From Camelus ferus (taxonomy: Eukaryota), in NCBI RefSeq assembly GCF_009834535.1, contig NC_045696.1, positions 121,088,001 to 121,152,000 of the forward strand: a stretch of 64,000 nt of DNA. The letters run 5' to 3'. Made by a program: the position numbers and the translations under genes. The notes beneath the pieces were generated by a model, which saw nothing but the letters and a program-made list of their open reading frames with translations, did not search any database and had not been told where the DNA came from. Below are positions 38,081 to 50,516 of this stretch, piece after piece (position 1 is the first letter of the stretch; each line of letters starts with the position of its first letter).

Positions 38081-39029
38081 AGAAAGAAAGAAAAGAAAGA
38101 AAAGCAGATGATGCAACGGAGGCTGGAGGCTGGCAGCCCTGCAGGCTCGGGACACGAGCTGTTGGCCAGAGGGGACAGTGACACTTGCATTGGGTCTGCT
38201 TGTTCCAGGAGATCCTAGAGGTGGAGTGTGGACGGCTGTCCCTGGAGTCCGCAGGAGTTGCTCCTGGAAGCTGGCAGATGGGGCTTTGCAGCAGGTAGAC
38301 TGGGACAGCTGGAAACTGGGGAAGAGAAGTCTGTTGTTACGGGAAGTCGACTTTATAGAAAATTCCTGAAAGCAGTAGAAACTTGATCCATCACTAGGCA
38401 AGCAGACCCTTTTGCGAAGCTGTATTCCTGTACAAAGCCAGGCGGCCACCTAGGGACACATGCTTATACAGCTCCTGAAGACATTTGCCCAAGGGGCCTT
38501 AGAGCACAGAGACCTCCTCCTGTCCGTCCGTCTTTCCATGGCCTCTGGGGACAGCGCATCAGCAGAACTGGTATTTGCAACCTGCCCGACCGACCCCATC
38601 ACTCAGCTATAAAACCATGGATGGAAACCAGACAGGCAGCGCCAGCCCTCCATCCCGCCAGACTAGGAAGAACTTCCAAAGTGGGGACACCCAGGCAGAG
38701 AGGACACTATCGGGCATTCTTAGAGTGATGCCAACAGGAGGAACCGGGCATGGCGAGGCGGACGAGAGCGGCAGAAGGGCGCCGCACTGCGGGCTGGACC
38801 GTGTTGCTGGGCTCAGAGCCACAAGCAGCCACCGCTTTGTGCTCCTGCTTTGACCAGAGGAGATTGTTCCGGGTCTGCCCACAAAAACCTTCATCCCAGA
38901 GGCCTGCACACTCACGCAGCCACCAGCGCCTCCGAGAGCTGTGACTTAGGACCCAGGTCCAGTTTTGCTGCAAACAGGAGAGATTCCCATTTTGATGCAG
39001 TTTTTCTCAAAGAAGGATTCTTTGTAAAA

Positions 39030-39378
39030 GAATTTTAAAATTGATGTATAGATTTACAAAGCTGAGTTAGTTTCAGGTGTACAAAAAGTGAGGTTCAGTT
39101 ATATGTATGTGTCTGTCTGTCTGTCCATCTATTCTTTATCAGATTCTTCTCCATTATAGGTTACTACAAGATACTGAATGTAGCTCCCTGTGCTGTACAG
39201 TAGGTCCTTGTTGGTTATCTATGTATGTTAATCCCAAACTCCTAATTTTCCCTTCCCTGCCTTTTTTCCTTTGGTAACTATAAGTTTGTTTTCTATGTGA
39301 GTCTATTTCTGTTTTGTAAATAAGTTCATTTGTTTTTTTAATGGCTGAGTAGTATTCCATTATATATATAAGCCACAT
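39030..39378 (-). mobile_element. 3' end of an older L1 (probable host of the nested stack)
   Basis: Antisense L1 3'UTR ending at tattccattatatatataagccacattt. Confidence 0.75.
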
Positions 39379-42300
39379 TTTTTGTTATTAATTAAAGTGT
39401 AGTCAGTTTATAATGTGTCAATTTCTGGTGTACAGCATGTTTCAGTCATACATGTACATACATATATTCCTTTTCAGATTCTTTTTCATTATAGGTTACT
39501 GCAAGATACTGAATAGAGTTCCCTGTGCTGTACAGAATGAACTTGATTACCTGTTTTATATATGGTAGTAGTATCTGCACATCTTGAACTCCCAATTTAT
39601 CCCTTCCCAATCCCTTTCCCCTTTGGTAACCGTACGTTTGTTTTCTAAGTGAGATTCTTTCTGTTTTGTAAGTTCATTTGTGTCTTTTTTTTTTTTTTTT
39701 TAAGATTCCACATATAAATAATAAGGTATTTTTCTTCCCCTTCTGGCTTACTTCGCTTAGAATGACAGTCTCTGGGTCTATCCATGTTGCTGCAAATGGT
39801 GTTATTTTATTCTTTTTTATTGTTAAGTAGTATTCCATTGTGTATATGTATCACATGTCCTTTATCCAGTCATCTGTTGATGGTCATTCAGGTTGCTTCC
39901 ATGTCTTGGCTATTGTAAATAGTGCTGCTATGAACACTGGGGTGCAGGTGTCTTTTTTGAATTAAGAGTTCCCTCTGGATAAAAGCCCAGGAGTGGGACT
40001 ACTGGATCACAGGGTACATCTGTTTTTAGTCTTTTGAGGAATCTCCATACTGTTTTCCACAATGGCTGCACCAAACTGCATTCCCACCTGCAGTGTAGGA
40101 GGGTTCCCTTTTCTCCACAGCCTCGCCAGCATTTGTGGACTTTTAAATGATGGCTATTCTGACTGGTGTGAGGTGATACCTCACTAGTTTTGATTTGCAT
40201 TTCTCTGATAATTAGTTTATATTGAGCTTTTTTTTTTTCATGTTTATCGGCCACTTGTATGTCTTCATTGGAGAACTGCTTGTTTAGTTCTGCCCACTTT
40301 TGGATTGGACTGTTTTTTATTATTATTATTAAGTTGTATGAGCTGTTTATATATTCTGTAAATTAAAACCTAATCAGTTGCATCATTTGCAAATATATTC
40401 TCCCATTCCATAGGTTGTCTTTTTGTTTTGCTTATGGTTCCTTCGCTGTGCAAAAGCTTATAAGTTTAATTAGGTCCCATTTGTTTATTTTTGCTTTTAT
40501 TTCTATCACCTGGGTAGACTGCCCTAGGGGGGAATATTGCTGAGATTTATGTCAGATCATGTTTTGCCTATGTTGTCTTTTAAGAGGTTTATAGTGTCTT
40601 GTCTTATGTTTAAGTCTTTAAGCCATTTCGTGTTCATTTTTGTGTGTGGCGTGATGGAGTGTTCTAACTTCACTGATTTACATGCAGCTGTTAAGTTATC
40701 CCAACACCATTTGCCAAAGAGACTGTTTTTACTCCATTGTATATTCTTGCCTCCTTTGTCAAAGATTAATTGACCAAAATTGGTGGGTTTACTAAGGGTT
40801 TTCTGTTTTGTTCCATTGGTCCATATGTCTCTTTTTGTACCAACCATCCTGTTTTGATCTGTAGCTCTGTAGTGTTGTCTGAAGTCTAGGAGGGTTATTC
40901 CTCTAGCTTCAGTATTGATTTGGCAATTCTGTGTCTTTTGTGAGATCCATATATATTTTAGGATTATTTCTTCTAGTTTTGTGTAATTTGACATTAAATC
41001 TGTAGATTGCTTTGGGTAGTATGGCCATTTTAACAATACCAATTCTTGCAATCCAAGAACATGGGATATCTCTCCATTTCTTTAAATTATTTTTAATTTC
41101 CTTAATGAATGTTTTGTAGCTCTCCACGTATAAATCTTTCACTTCCTTTATCGGATTTATTCCTAAGTATTGTATTTTTTTGGATGCAATTTTAAGAGGG
41201 ATTGTTTCTTTTCTGATATTTCACTGCTAATATAAAGACATGCAACTGATTTCTGTATGTTAATCTTGTAACCTGCTACCTTGCTGAATTCTTTTATCAG
41301 CTCTAATAGTTTTTGTGTGGAGCCTTTAGGGTTTTTTATATATGGTATCATGTCATCAGCATTTAATGACAATTTTACCTCTTTTCCTCCAATTTGGATA
41401 ACTTTTATTTCTTTTTCTTGCCTAATGCCATGGCTAGGACTTTCAATACTATATTGAGTAGAAGTGGTGAGAGTGGGCATCTTTATCTTGTTCCAGATTT
41501 TGGCTGGAAGGCTTTCAACTTTTCACCATTGAGTATTATGCTGGCTGTGGGTTCGTCATAAATAGCTTTTATTATGTTGAGATAGTTCCCTCTATACTTA
41601 CTTTGGTTAGAGTTTTTAATTATAAATGGGTGTTGAATTTTATCAAATGCTTTTTCTGCATCGATTGAGATGATCATGTGATTTTTGTCCTCTCTGTTGA
41701 TGTGGTCTGTTACGTTGATTTGTGTACATTGAAGCATCCTTGTGTCCCTGGGATGAACCCAACTTGATCATGGTGTATGATCTTTTTTATGTGTTACTGG
41801 ATTCTGTTTGCTAATATTTTGTTGAGAATTTTTCATCCATGTTCATCAATGATTTGTCCTACAGTTCTCTTTTTTGGTGGTGTCTTTGTCTGACTTTGGT
41901 ATCAGGGTGATGGTGGCTCCTAGAATGAGTTTCAGAGTACTCCCTCCTCTTCAGCCTTTTGGAAGAGTTTCAGAGGATGGTATAAGTTCTTCTTTGTATG
42001 TTTGGTAGAATTCCTCAGTGAAGCCATCTGGTCCTGGACTTTTGTTTGCAGGGAGGATTTTTATTTCTGATTCTGTTTCATGTCTAGTGATTGGTCTGTT
42101 CAGATGATCCATTTCTTCTTGATTTAGTTCTGGTGTACTGTATGTTTCTAGAAACTTGTCCATTTCTTCTAAGTTGTCCAGTTTATTGCCATATGGTTGT
42201 TCATAGTATTCTCTTATTTTTGTGTTTCTGTGGTATTGGTTGTAATTTCTCCGTTTTCATTTCATATTTCATTTATTTGTGTCTTGTCTCTTTTCTTCTT

Positions 42301-45300
42301 GGTGAGCCTGGCCAGAGGTTTGTCGATTTTGTTTACTTAAAAAAAAAAGCTCGTTTTGAATTTTTTTTTCTAGTTTAAAAATCTCCATATTTTATTTATT
42401 TCCTCCCTGATCTTTATTTCTTTCCTTCTGCTGACTTTAGGTTTTATTTGTTGTTCTTTTTCTCATTCTTTTAGGTGGTAGGTTAGGTTGTTCATTTGAG
42501 ACTCTTGTTTTCTGAGGAAGGCCTGTATCACTATGAACATCCCTCTTATGCCTGCTTTTTCTGTATCCCATATGTTTTGTGTGGTTGTATTTCCATTGTC
42601 GTTTGTCTCAAGGTATTTTTTAATTTCTTCTTTGATTTCATCGTTGATCCATTGGGGTTTTTTTCACTAGCATGTGGCTTAGTCTCTGTGCTGTTGTTTT
42701 TTTCTCATTTGTTTTTCTGTGGTTGATTTCTAGTTTCATGCCTTTGTGGTCAGAGAAGATGCTTGGAATAATTTTATCCTGTGAAATTTTTTGAGGCTTC
42801 TTTTGTGCCTGAGTATGTGGTCTATCCTAGAGAATGTTCCATGAGCACTTAAAGAATGTAGAGTGTGTTTTGGGGAGATTTAATGTCCTAATACTATCAA
42901 CCATGTCCAACTGTTCTATTACATCATTTAGTATTTCTGTTACCTTATTGAGTTTCTGTCTGTCAGACCTGCCCAGTGATGTTAGTGGGGTGTTAAAGTT
43001 GCCTACCATTATTGTATTCCCATCAATTTCTCCCTTTATGTCTGTTACTATTTATTTTACATATTTAGGTGCTCCCATATTGGGTGCATATATGTTAACA
43101 AGTGTAATATCCTCCTCTTATGTTGCTCCTTTGATTATTATATAGTGTCCTTTGTCTTTCTTTATAGCCTTTGGTTTAAAGTCTATTTTGTCTGATTTGA
43201 GTATTGCTATTCCTGCTTTCCTGACACTTCCATTTACTAGAAATATCTTTTCCCGTCCTCTCACTTTCAATCCGTGTGTCCTTCACCCTAAAATGGGTCT
43301 CCTGTAGGCAGCATATTGTAGGCCTTTGTTTTATTTTCTAGTCTGCCACGCTGTGTCTTTTGATTAAAGCATTTAGTCCATTGACATTTATGGTCATTAT
43401 TGACAGATGTGAGTTTATTGCCATTTTGAACTTTGTTTCCCAGTTGACTTGGTATTTCTTCTTTGTTCCTTTCTTTTCCTTTTTGTTTTTCTTTTTGTGG
43501 TTTGATAAATTTTTTACGTTAGCTTGGTTTCTTTTTGATTTTTGACTCTACTGTATACTTTTGATTTATAGTTATCCTGTATTTCAAGTATGTTAACTCA
43601 TTACTTTATCTGTTTGCTTTAGACTGGTAGGCATTTAGGCTCAAACACATCCTAAAAAGAAGGAAGAAAGAAAAACAGGAAAAAAAAAAGAGATAGGGAA
43701 AAAAAATCTATATTTTCTTGCTCACGTCTCCCACCTTTTATCATTTTGATGTCCTTAAAAAAAAAACTTCATGTTTCTTCTCTTCCAACTTATAGTAATT
43801 ATCGCATCTCCAATTGTGGTTTTCTCATTTCTATAGTTTCCTGCTGCTTTTCTCTTTAGAGTAGACCTTTCAATATTTGTTTTAGGATAGGTTTAGTATT
43901 GCTGAATTGTTTCATTTTTTGCTTGTCTGTAAAATTCTTTATCTCTCCTTCTATCTAAAGGATAGTCTTGCCAGATAGGTTGCAGCTTTTTTCATTCAGA
44001 ACTTTGAATATATCTTGTTACTCCCTTCTGGCCAGCAGTGTTTGTGTAGAAAAATCAGCTGAAAGCCTTATGGAGGTTCCCTTCTAACTAACTCTTTGTT
44101 TTTCTCGTGCTGCCTTTAGAATCATTTCTTGATCTTTAATTTTGGCCATCTTAATTATAACATGTCTTGGTGTGGGTCTGTTTGGGTACTTCTTGTTTGG
44201 GATGCTTTGTGCTTCCTGTACTTGGATATCTGTTTCCTTCTTTAGGTTTGGAAATTTTTCAGTCAAGATTTCTTCAAATACCTTTTCAATCCCCTTTTCC
44301 TTTTCTTCTCCTTCTGAGACCCCTATAATGATTAGGTTGGCACACTTTATGTTATCCCATAGGTCCCTCATATTGCTTTCATTGGTTTTATTTTCCTCAG
44401 CTGTTCTCATTCGGTAACTTCTGTTACCCTGTCTTCTAAGTCACTTACTCATTCTTCTACATTATGTAGTCTGCTTTTGACTGCCTTTAGCTCGGCTCTT
44501 AGCCATTGAGTTTTCTGTTTTTAATTGGCTCCTCTTTATAGTTTCTATGTGTTTTTAAAAAAAATTATATTCTCTGTATTCATAGTTTCTCTTATTTCTT
44601 TCAGTACTTTTATCACCTCCTTTTTGAAATCATGATCTAGTAGATTGTTGAGGTGTATCTCACTGTTCGTTCTTTCAGGGGACTTCCTCTTGTTCTTTGA
44701 AGTGGGAGTGGTTCCTCTGCTTCTTCATTTTACTTCTATCTCTCTGGTACTATGGATGTAGGAGTATTATTTACTGTGGTCTTGAAGGGCTGTTTTATTT
44801 TTTGTTTTTTATTTAAAGTGGGAGCATTCCTGTTAGACTGTGTGCATACAATGGTTTTGTTGCAGAGGCTGTTGTTGCAGAGGGCTGTTCTTAGTATAGT
44901 TGGATGCCGTGTCTTTCTTCCATGTGTGTTGGTTGTTAGCCCTTTGATTGGGGGTATTGTTGGTGTTGTGATCAGAGCCTGCCCTGATTGTTGTTGTTGA
45001 GCAGGGCCTCCTTTTTTGTTATGTGGTTGTCACAGCCTTAACAGGGGCTGGGTTACTTTCTCCTCTGAGCCTCGGAAGCTCTGGTTTTGCTCCCTCTGAT
45101 CTCCTGGCTGGAGAGGGGATGTCCTAGCAAGAGGGTGCCTTTCTTCCTATGCTGCTCCCTCCCCGCAGGACCACCCCTGCACTTCTTTTCTTCTTTTTTA
45201 TTTTTCTCTGTTGTGGGATTTTGTGAGAATCGACCTGTATTTCGAAGCAAGAGACACCATGCCAGAGTTCAGTAGGTGTTCTATGCAATTCAGTAGGGTT

Positions 45301-45381
45301 GTAGATGTAATTCTTGTTGTATTTGTGGGAGAGGGCAAGTTGTGAGTCTCTCTACCTCACCATTTTGGCCCGTTTCCCCTC
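39379..45381 (-). mobile_element. Near full-length L1, ORF1/ORF2 disrupted
   Basis: 5' start gaggggaaacgggccaaaatggtg; ORF1 ATG at 44728 (LWDNIK, PTPRHVIIK); ORF2 ATG at 43424 (TINVNGLN endonuclease); RT fragments; HCRWEC; 3'UTR. Confidence 0.92.
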
Positions 45382-45384
45382 TCT

Positions 45385-45590
45385 TTTTTAATTTTAGAGT
45401 TATTTATTTTTTAGTTGAATTATAGTCAGTTTACAATATTGTATCAGTTTCTGGTGTACAGCATCATGTTTCAGTCATACATATACATAAATACTCCTTT
45501 TCATATTCTTTTTCATTATAGGCTACTACAAGATATTGAATGTAGCCCCCTGTACTATACAGAATAAATTTGTTTTATTTTATATAAAGA
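45385..45590 (-). mobile_element. Short L1 3' end
   Basis: ttgaattatagtcagtttacaatattgtatcagtttctggtgtacagc. Confidence 0.75.
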
Positions 45591-45709
45591 TGTGATATAT
45601 AGATAAAGAAGATATGAGATACATATATATCTGTCAATGGACATTCAGGTTGTTTCAGTGTCCTGACTTATGTAAATAGTGCTACTATGAACACTGCGGT
45701 GCATGTAAC

Positions 45710-47085
45710 TTTTTTTAACTGAAGTATATTCAGTTTACAGTATGTCAATTTCTGGTGTACCCCATAATGTGTCAGTTATACATATACATACGCACATATA
45801 TTCAGTGTCATATCCTTTTTTATCATAGGTTATAAGATACTGAATATAGTTCCCTGAGCTACACAAAAGAAACTTGTTTTATTTTATACATAGCAATTAG
45901 TATGTGCAAATCTCAAACTCCCAATTTATCCTTTCCCGACCCCCTTTTCCCCCGGTAACCATAAGATTGTTTACTATGTCTGTGAGTCTGTTTTTGTTTT
46001 GTAGGTAAGGTCATTAGTGTCTTTTTTCTTGTTTTAAATTCCACATATGATTGATATCATGTGGTATTTTTCTTTCTCTAACCTACTTCACTTAGAATGA
46101 CAATCTCCAGGTCCATCCATGTTTCTGCAAATGGCATTATTCTTTTTTTTATGGCTGAATAATATTCGTGTGTGTGTGTGTGGGGGTGTGTATCTGTACA
46201 CACATACATATACACACACCACAGTTTCCTTATTGAGTCATCTGTTGATGGACATTTAGGCTGTTTCCATGTCTTGGCTATTGTAAATAGTGCTGCTGTG
46301 AACATTGGGGTGTGTCTGTATTTTAAGATTAGAGTTTCCTCCAGATATATGTCCAGAAGTGGGACTGCTGAGTCATATAGTAACTCTATTGTTAGTTTTT
46401 TGAGGAATCTCCATAGTGTTTTCCATAGTGGTTGCAGCAACTTCATTCCCACCACAGTGTAGGAGGGTTCCATTTTCTCCACACCCTCTCCAGCATCTAT
46501 CATTTGTGGACTTCTGAATGATGGCCATTCTGACTGGTGTGAGGAATACCTCATGCAGTTTTGATTTGCATTTCTCTGATAATTAGTGATACGGAGCATT
46601 TTTTCCTGTGCCTCTTGGCCATTTGTATGTCTTCATTGGAGAATTGCTTATTTATGTGTTTTCCCCATTTTTCAGTTGGGTTGTTTTTTTGTTATTAAGT
46701 TGTATGAGCTGTTTATATAGTCTGGAAATTATGCCTTTGTCAGTCACATCATTTGTAAATATTTTCTCTCATTCTGTAAGTTAGCATTTTCTTTTCCTTA
46801 TGGTTACCTTTGCTGTGCAAAAGCATGTAAGTTTGACTAGGTCCCATTTGTTTATTTTTGCTTTTATTTCTGTTATTTGAGTAGAGTTCCCTAGGAGAAC
46901 ACTGGTATGATTCATATCAGAGAATGCTTTGCCTATGTTTTTTCCTAGGAGTTTTATAGTGTCCTGTCTTATATTTAAGTATTTAAGCCATTTTGAGTTT
47001 ATTTTTGTTTATGGTGTGAGGGAGTTTTCTAACTCCATCATTTATATGCTGTTGTCCAGTTTTCCCTGCACTACTTACTGAAGAG
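45710..47085 (-). mobile_element. 5'-truncated L1
   Basis: 3'UTR plus ORF2 C-terminus ([21 protein letters not shown]). Confidence 0.88.
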
Positions 47086-47087
47086 AC

Positions 47088-50000
47088 ATTTTTCAATTGC
47101 TTTCATCAGTGTTTTATTTTGGAATACAGGTCTTTTGCCTACTTAGGTAGGTTTATTTCTAGGTTTTGTTTGTTTTTTGATGCTGTGGAAAATGGGTTTC
47201 TTTAGTTTCTATTTCTGGTATTTTGTTGCTTATGGCTTGTATTGTCATGTTTTTATTTTCATTTGTCTGTAATTATTTTTTGATTATTGATTTCTCCAGT
47301 AATCCATTGGTTTTTTAGTAACATATTGTTTAGTTCCATATGTTTGCATTTTCTGCATTTTTTTCTTATAGTTGATTTCTAATCTCATAGCATGTGGTCA
47401 GAAAGATGTCTGATGTAATTTCAACGTTCTTAAGTTTACCAAGGGTTGCTTTGTGGGCCAGCATGTGATATATCCTGGAGAATGTTCAATGTGCACTTGA
47501 AAAAAATGTGTATTCTGCTGCTTTGGGATGGAATGCTCTGTAAATGTCAATTAAGTCCATCTGGTCTAACGCGTCATTCAGGGCCTGTACTTCCTTATTG
47601 ATTTACTGTCTGGATGATTTGTCCATTAATGTAAGTGGGGTGTTAAAGTCCCCCACTATTACTGTGTTACTGTTGATTACTCCTTTTATGTCTGTTAACA
47701 GTTGCCTTATATAGAGGCACTCCTATGGTGGGTGCATATATATTTATAGTTGTTTTATCTTCTTCTTGGATTGATCTCTTGATCATTGTATAGTGTCCTT
47801 CTTTGTCTCGAGTGACAGTCTTTAAAAAAAATCTATTTTGTCTGTTATAAGTTTTGCTGCTCCAGCTTTATTTCTATTTGCATGAAATACATTTTTCCAT
47901 CCCCTCACTTTCAGTCTGTAAATCTGAAGTGGGTTTGTAGTCAGCATACATACAGGTTTTGTTTTTTTGTATCCATTCAGCCAGTCTGTCTTTTGGTTGG
48001 AATATTTACGTCTAAGGTAGTTATCAATAATTGCTATTTTGTTATTTGTTTTGGACTTGTTTTTGTAGGTCTTTTTTTCCTTCTGTTCTCTTGTGATTTG
48101 ATGACTATCTTTATCATTGTGTTTGGATTCCTCTCTTATGTGTCTATGTGTATTATACATTTTTGGTTTGTGGTTACCAGGAGGTTTTGGTATAAACGAC
48201 TATATAAATTCACAGTGGTTAGTTGCTTATCTCTTAATTACCCTGCATTCATACTCTCCACCCCTCACAATTACTGGCTTTGATATCACGTTTTAAATCT
48301 AAGTTTCCTGTGTATTCTTTAACTGCTTACTGTGGATACAGATGGTTTTACTACTGTTGTCTTTTAACTTCCTGATAAGTTTGTGTGTGGATGATTTCCT
48401 ATCTCTGCTGTATGTTTGCCATCACTGGTGAGCTTTCCCATTTTGTAATTTTCTTGTTTCTAGCTGTGGCCTTTTTTTCTACGTAGAGAAGTTCCTTTAG
48501 GAGGTTTGGTGCCCTGAATTCTTCTAGCTTTTGCTTATCTGTGAAGCTTTTGATTTCTCCGTCAAATGTGAACGAGAGCCTTGCTGGGTAGACTACTCTT
48601 GGTTGCAGGGTTTTCTCTTTCACCACCTTAAGTATATCGTGCAGCTCTCCTCTGGCCTGTACAGTTTCTGCTGGAAAATCAGCTGGTAACCTCATGGGAG
48701 TTCCTGTGAGTGTTATTCTTGCTTTTCCCTTGTTACTTTTAATATTTTTCTCCTTTACTTTTTGTCAATTTGGTTACTGTGTCCCTCAGTGTATTCCTCT
48801 TTGGGTTGATCCTACATGGGCCTCTCTGCACTTCCTGGATTGGGTGACTATTTTCCTTTCCCAAGTTGGGGAAGTTTTTGGTTATTATCTCTTAAAATTT
48901 TTTCTCAGGTCCTTTCTCTCTCCTCCTTTTGGGACCCCTATAATGCAAATGTTAGTGTGCTTGATACTGTTCCAAAGTTGTCTTAAACTATCCTCATTTC
49001 TTTTCATTCTTTTTTCTTCCTTCTGTTTTGCAACAATGATTTCCACTAATCTGTTTTCTAGGTCACTGGTCTGTTCTTCTACTTCATTTATTCTACTATT
49101 GATTCCTTTTAGAGCATTATTTATTATATTCTTCAACTCTTTTTGGTTGTTCTTTACATTTCTAAATTTTGTTAAAAACGTCTAACTTCTTGATCTGTGC
49201 ATCCATTCTCCCAAGTTCTCTGATCATCTTTACAATTATTACTCTGGTCTCTTTCTTGGGTAGATGGCTTGTCTCCACATCAGTTAGTTCTGGGATTTTA
49301 TCTTGTTTTTTCCATCTAGACTGTATTTCTCTGCACCCTCATTTTGACTAAATTTCTATTTGTATTTTTATTATGCAGTCAGTTAGTTACATTTCTCGAC
49401 CTTGGAGAAGTAGCCCTCTACAGCATGTCCTGTATGTCCCAGCGGCACACCCCCTTCTTGTTACCTAAGGGTCAGCTGATCCCAGGGTTGGGTCTGTCCT
49501 GCATTTGTGGACTAGTTTGTTGCTTTGGTGTCTGCCCTCTGGTGGGTGAGACTGGACTAGCAACTTGTGCAGGCTTCGTGGTGGGAAGAGCCACCTCTAG
49601 AGGCAGCTGTGGGCTCAGGAGCCTTTAGGCAGCCTGTCTGCTGATGGGTGGGGCTGTGTCCACACCCAGTTAGTTGTCTGGCCTGAGGCGTCCCAGCGCT
49701 GGAGCCTCCAGGCTGTTGGGTGGAGCCAGGTCTTGGTGCTAATGACCCACGGAAGGTGTCAGCCTTCGGGCAGGAGAGTTCATGCAGATGAATACTCCCC
49801 GATATGAGCACCACCGTGTCTATGTCCCCAGGTGAGCCACAGCCCCCCCCCCCCCCCCCCCGGCCTCCCCAGGAGACCCTCCAGGACTAGTAAGTCTGGC
49901 CCAGGCTCCTAGGAAGTCACTGCTCCTGCCATTTATTCTCATGCACGTGGGGTACTGTGTGCACCTTTTAAGTCTCTGCTTGTGTCCCATCATCAGTCCT

Positions 50001-50365
50001 GTGAAGCAGCTGCAGTTAAGCCCCACTGGCCTTCGAAGCCAAATGCTCTGGGGGCTCGTGTTCTTGAGACGTACCCCTGTGCTGGGGAGACTGACCTGGG
50101 CTCAGAACTCTCCCTCCTGTCGGGGAACCACTGAAATACAGTTATTCTTGTTTGTGGGCTGCTCACATGGGGGTATGGGATGTGATTATACTGGGAGTGT
50201 GCCCTTCCTAATAGCTCACTGTGGTTCCTTCTTTCTGTCTTTAGATGCTCATCTTTTTCTGCAGGTTCCAGTTTTTTATACCAGTGGTTGTTCAGCAGTT
50301 AGTAGTGATTTTGTTGTGTTCATGAGAGGTGAGTCCAAGGTCCTTCTGCTCTGCCATCGGGGCCT
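47088..50365 (-). mobile_element. Older L1 5' half (5'UTR, ORF1, endonuclease), internally deleted
   Basis: ORF1 fragments (YPARLSF, LWNSIK); endonuclease remnants; 5' start gatggcagagcagaaggac. Confidence 0.85.
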
Positions 50366-50485
50366 AATCTAACGAGGGGGCCTTCTGATTACTAAACAGG
50401 GTAAGCTGCTGAATGTAAAACAAGGTCTCCCACAGACTGATGAAAGGTGTCCTGCAATTTCAGAAATGCAGACTGCCTGCCTTAA

Positions 50486-50486
<1 letters not shown>

Positions 50487-50514
<28 letters not shown>
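50487..50514. repeat. (TG)n microsatellite
   Basis: About 14 TG units. Confidence 0.9.

Positions 50515-50516
<2 letters not shown>

Noticed and set aside
39379..45381. Retrotransposition-competent L1
   Set aside because: ORF1 and ORF2 are fragmented by stops, frameshifts and deletions; no TSD found
857..49185. Hydrophobic antisense ORFs (e.g. 857-1369, 13129-13452, 48694-49185)
   Set aside because: They are antisense translations of L1 ORF1/ORF2
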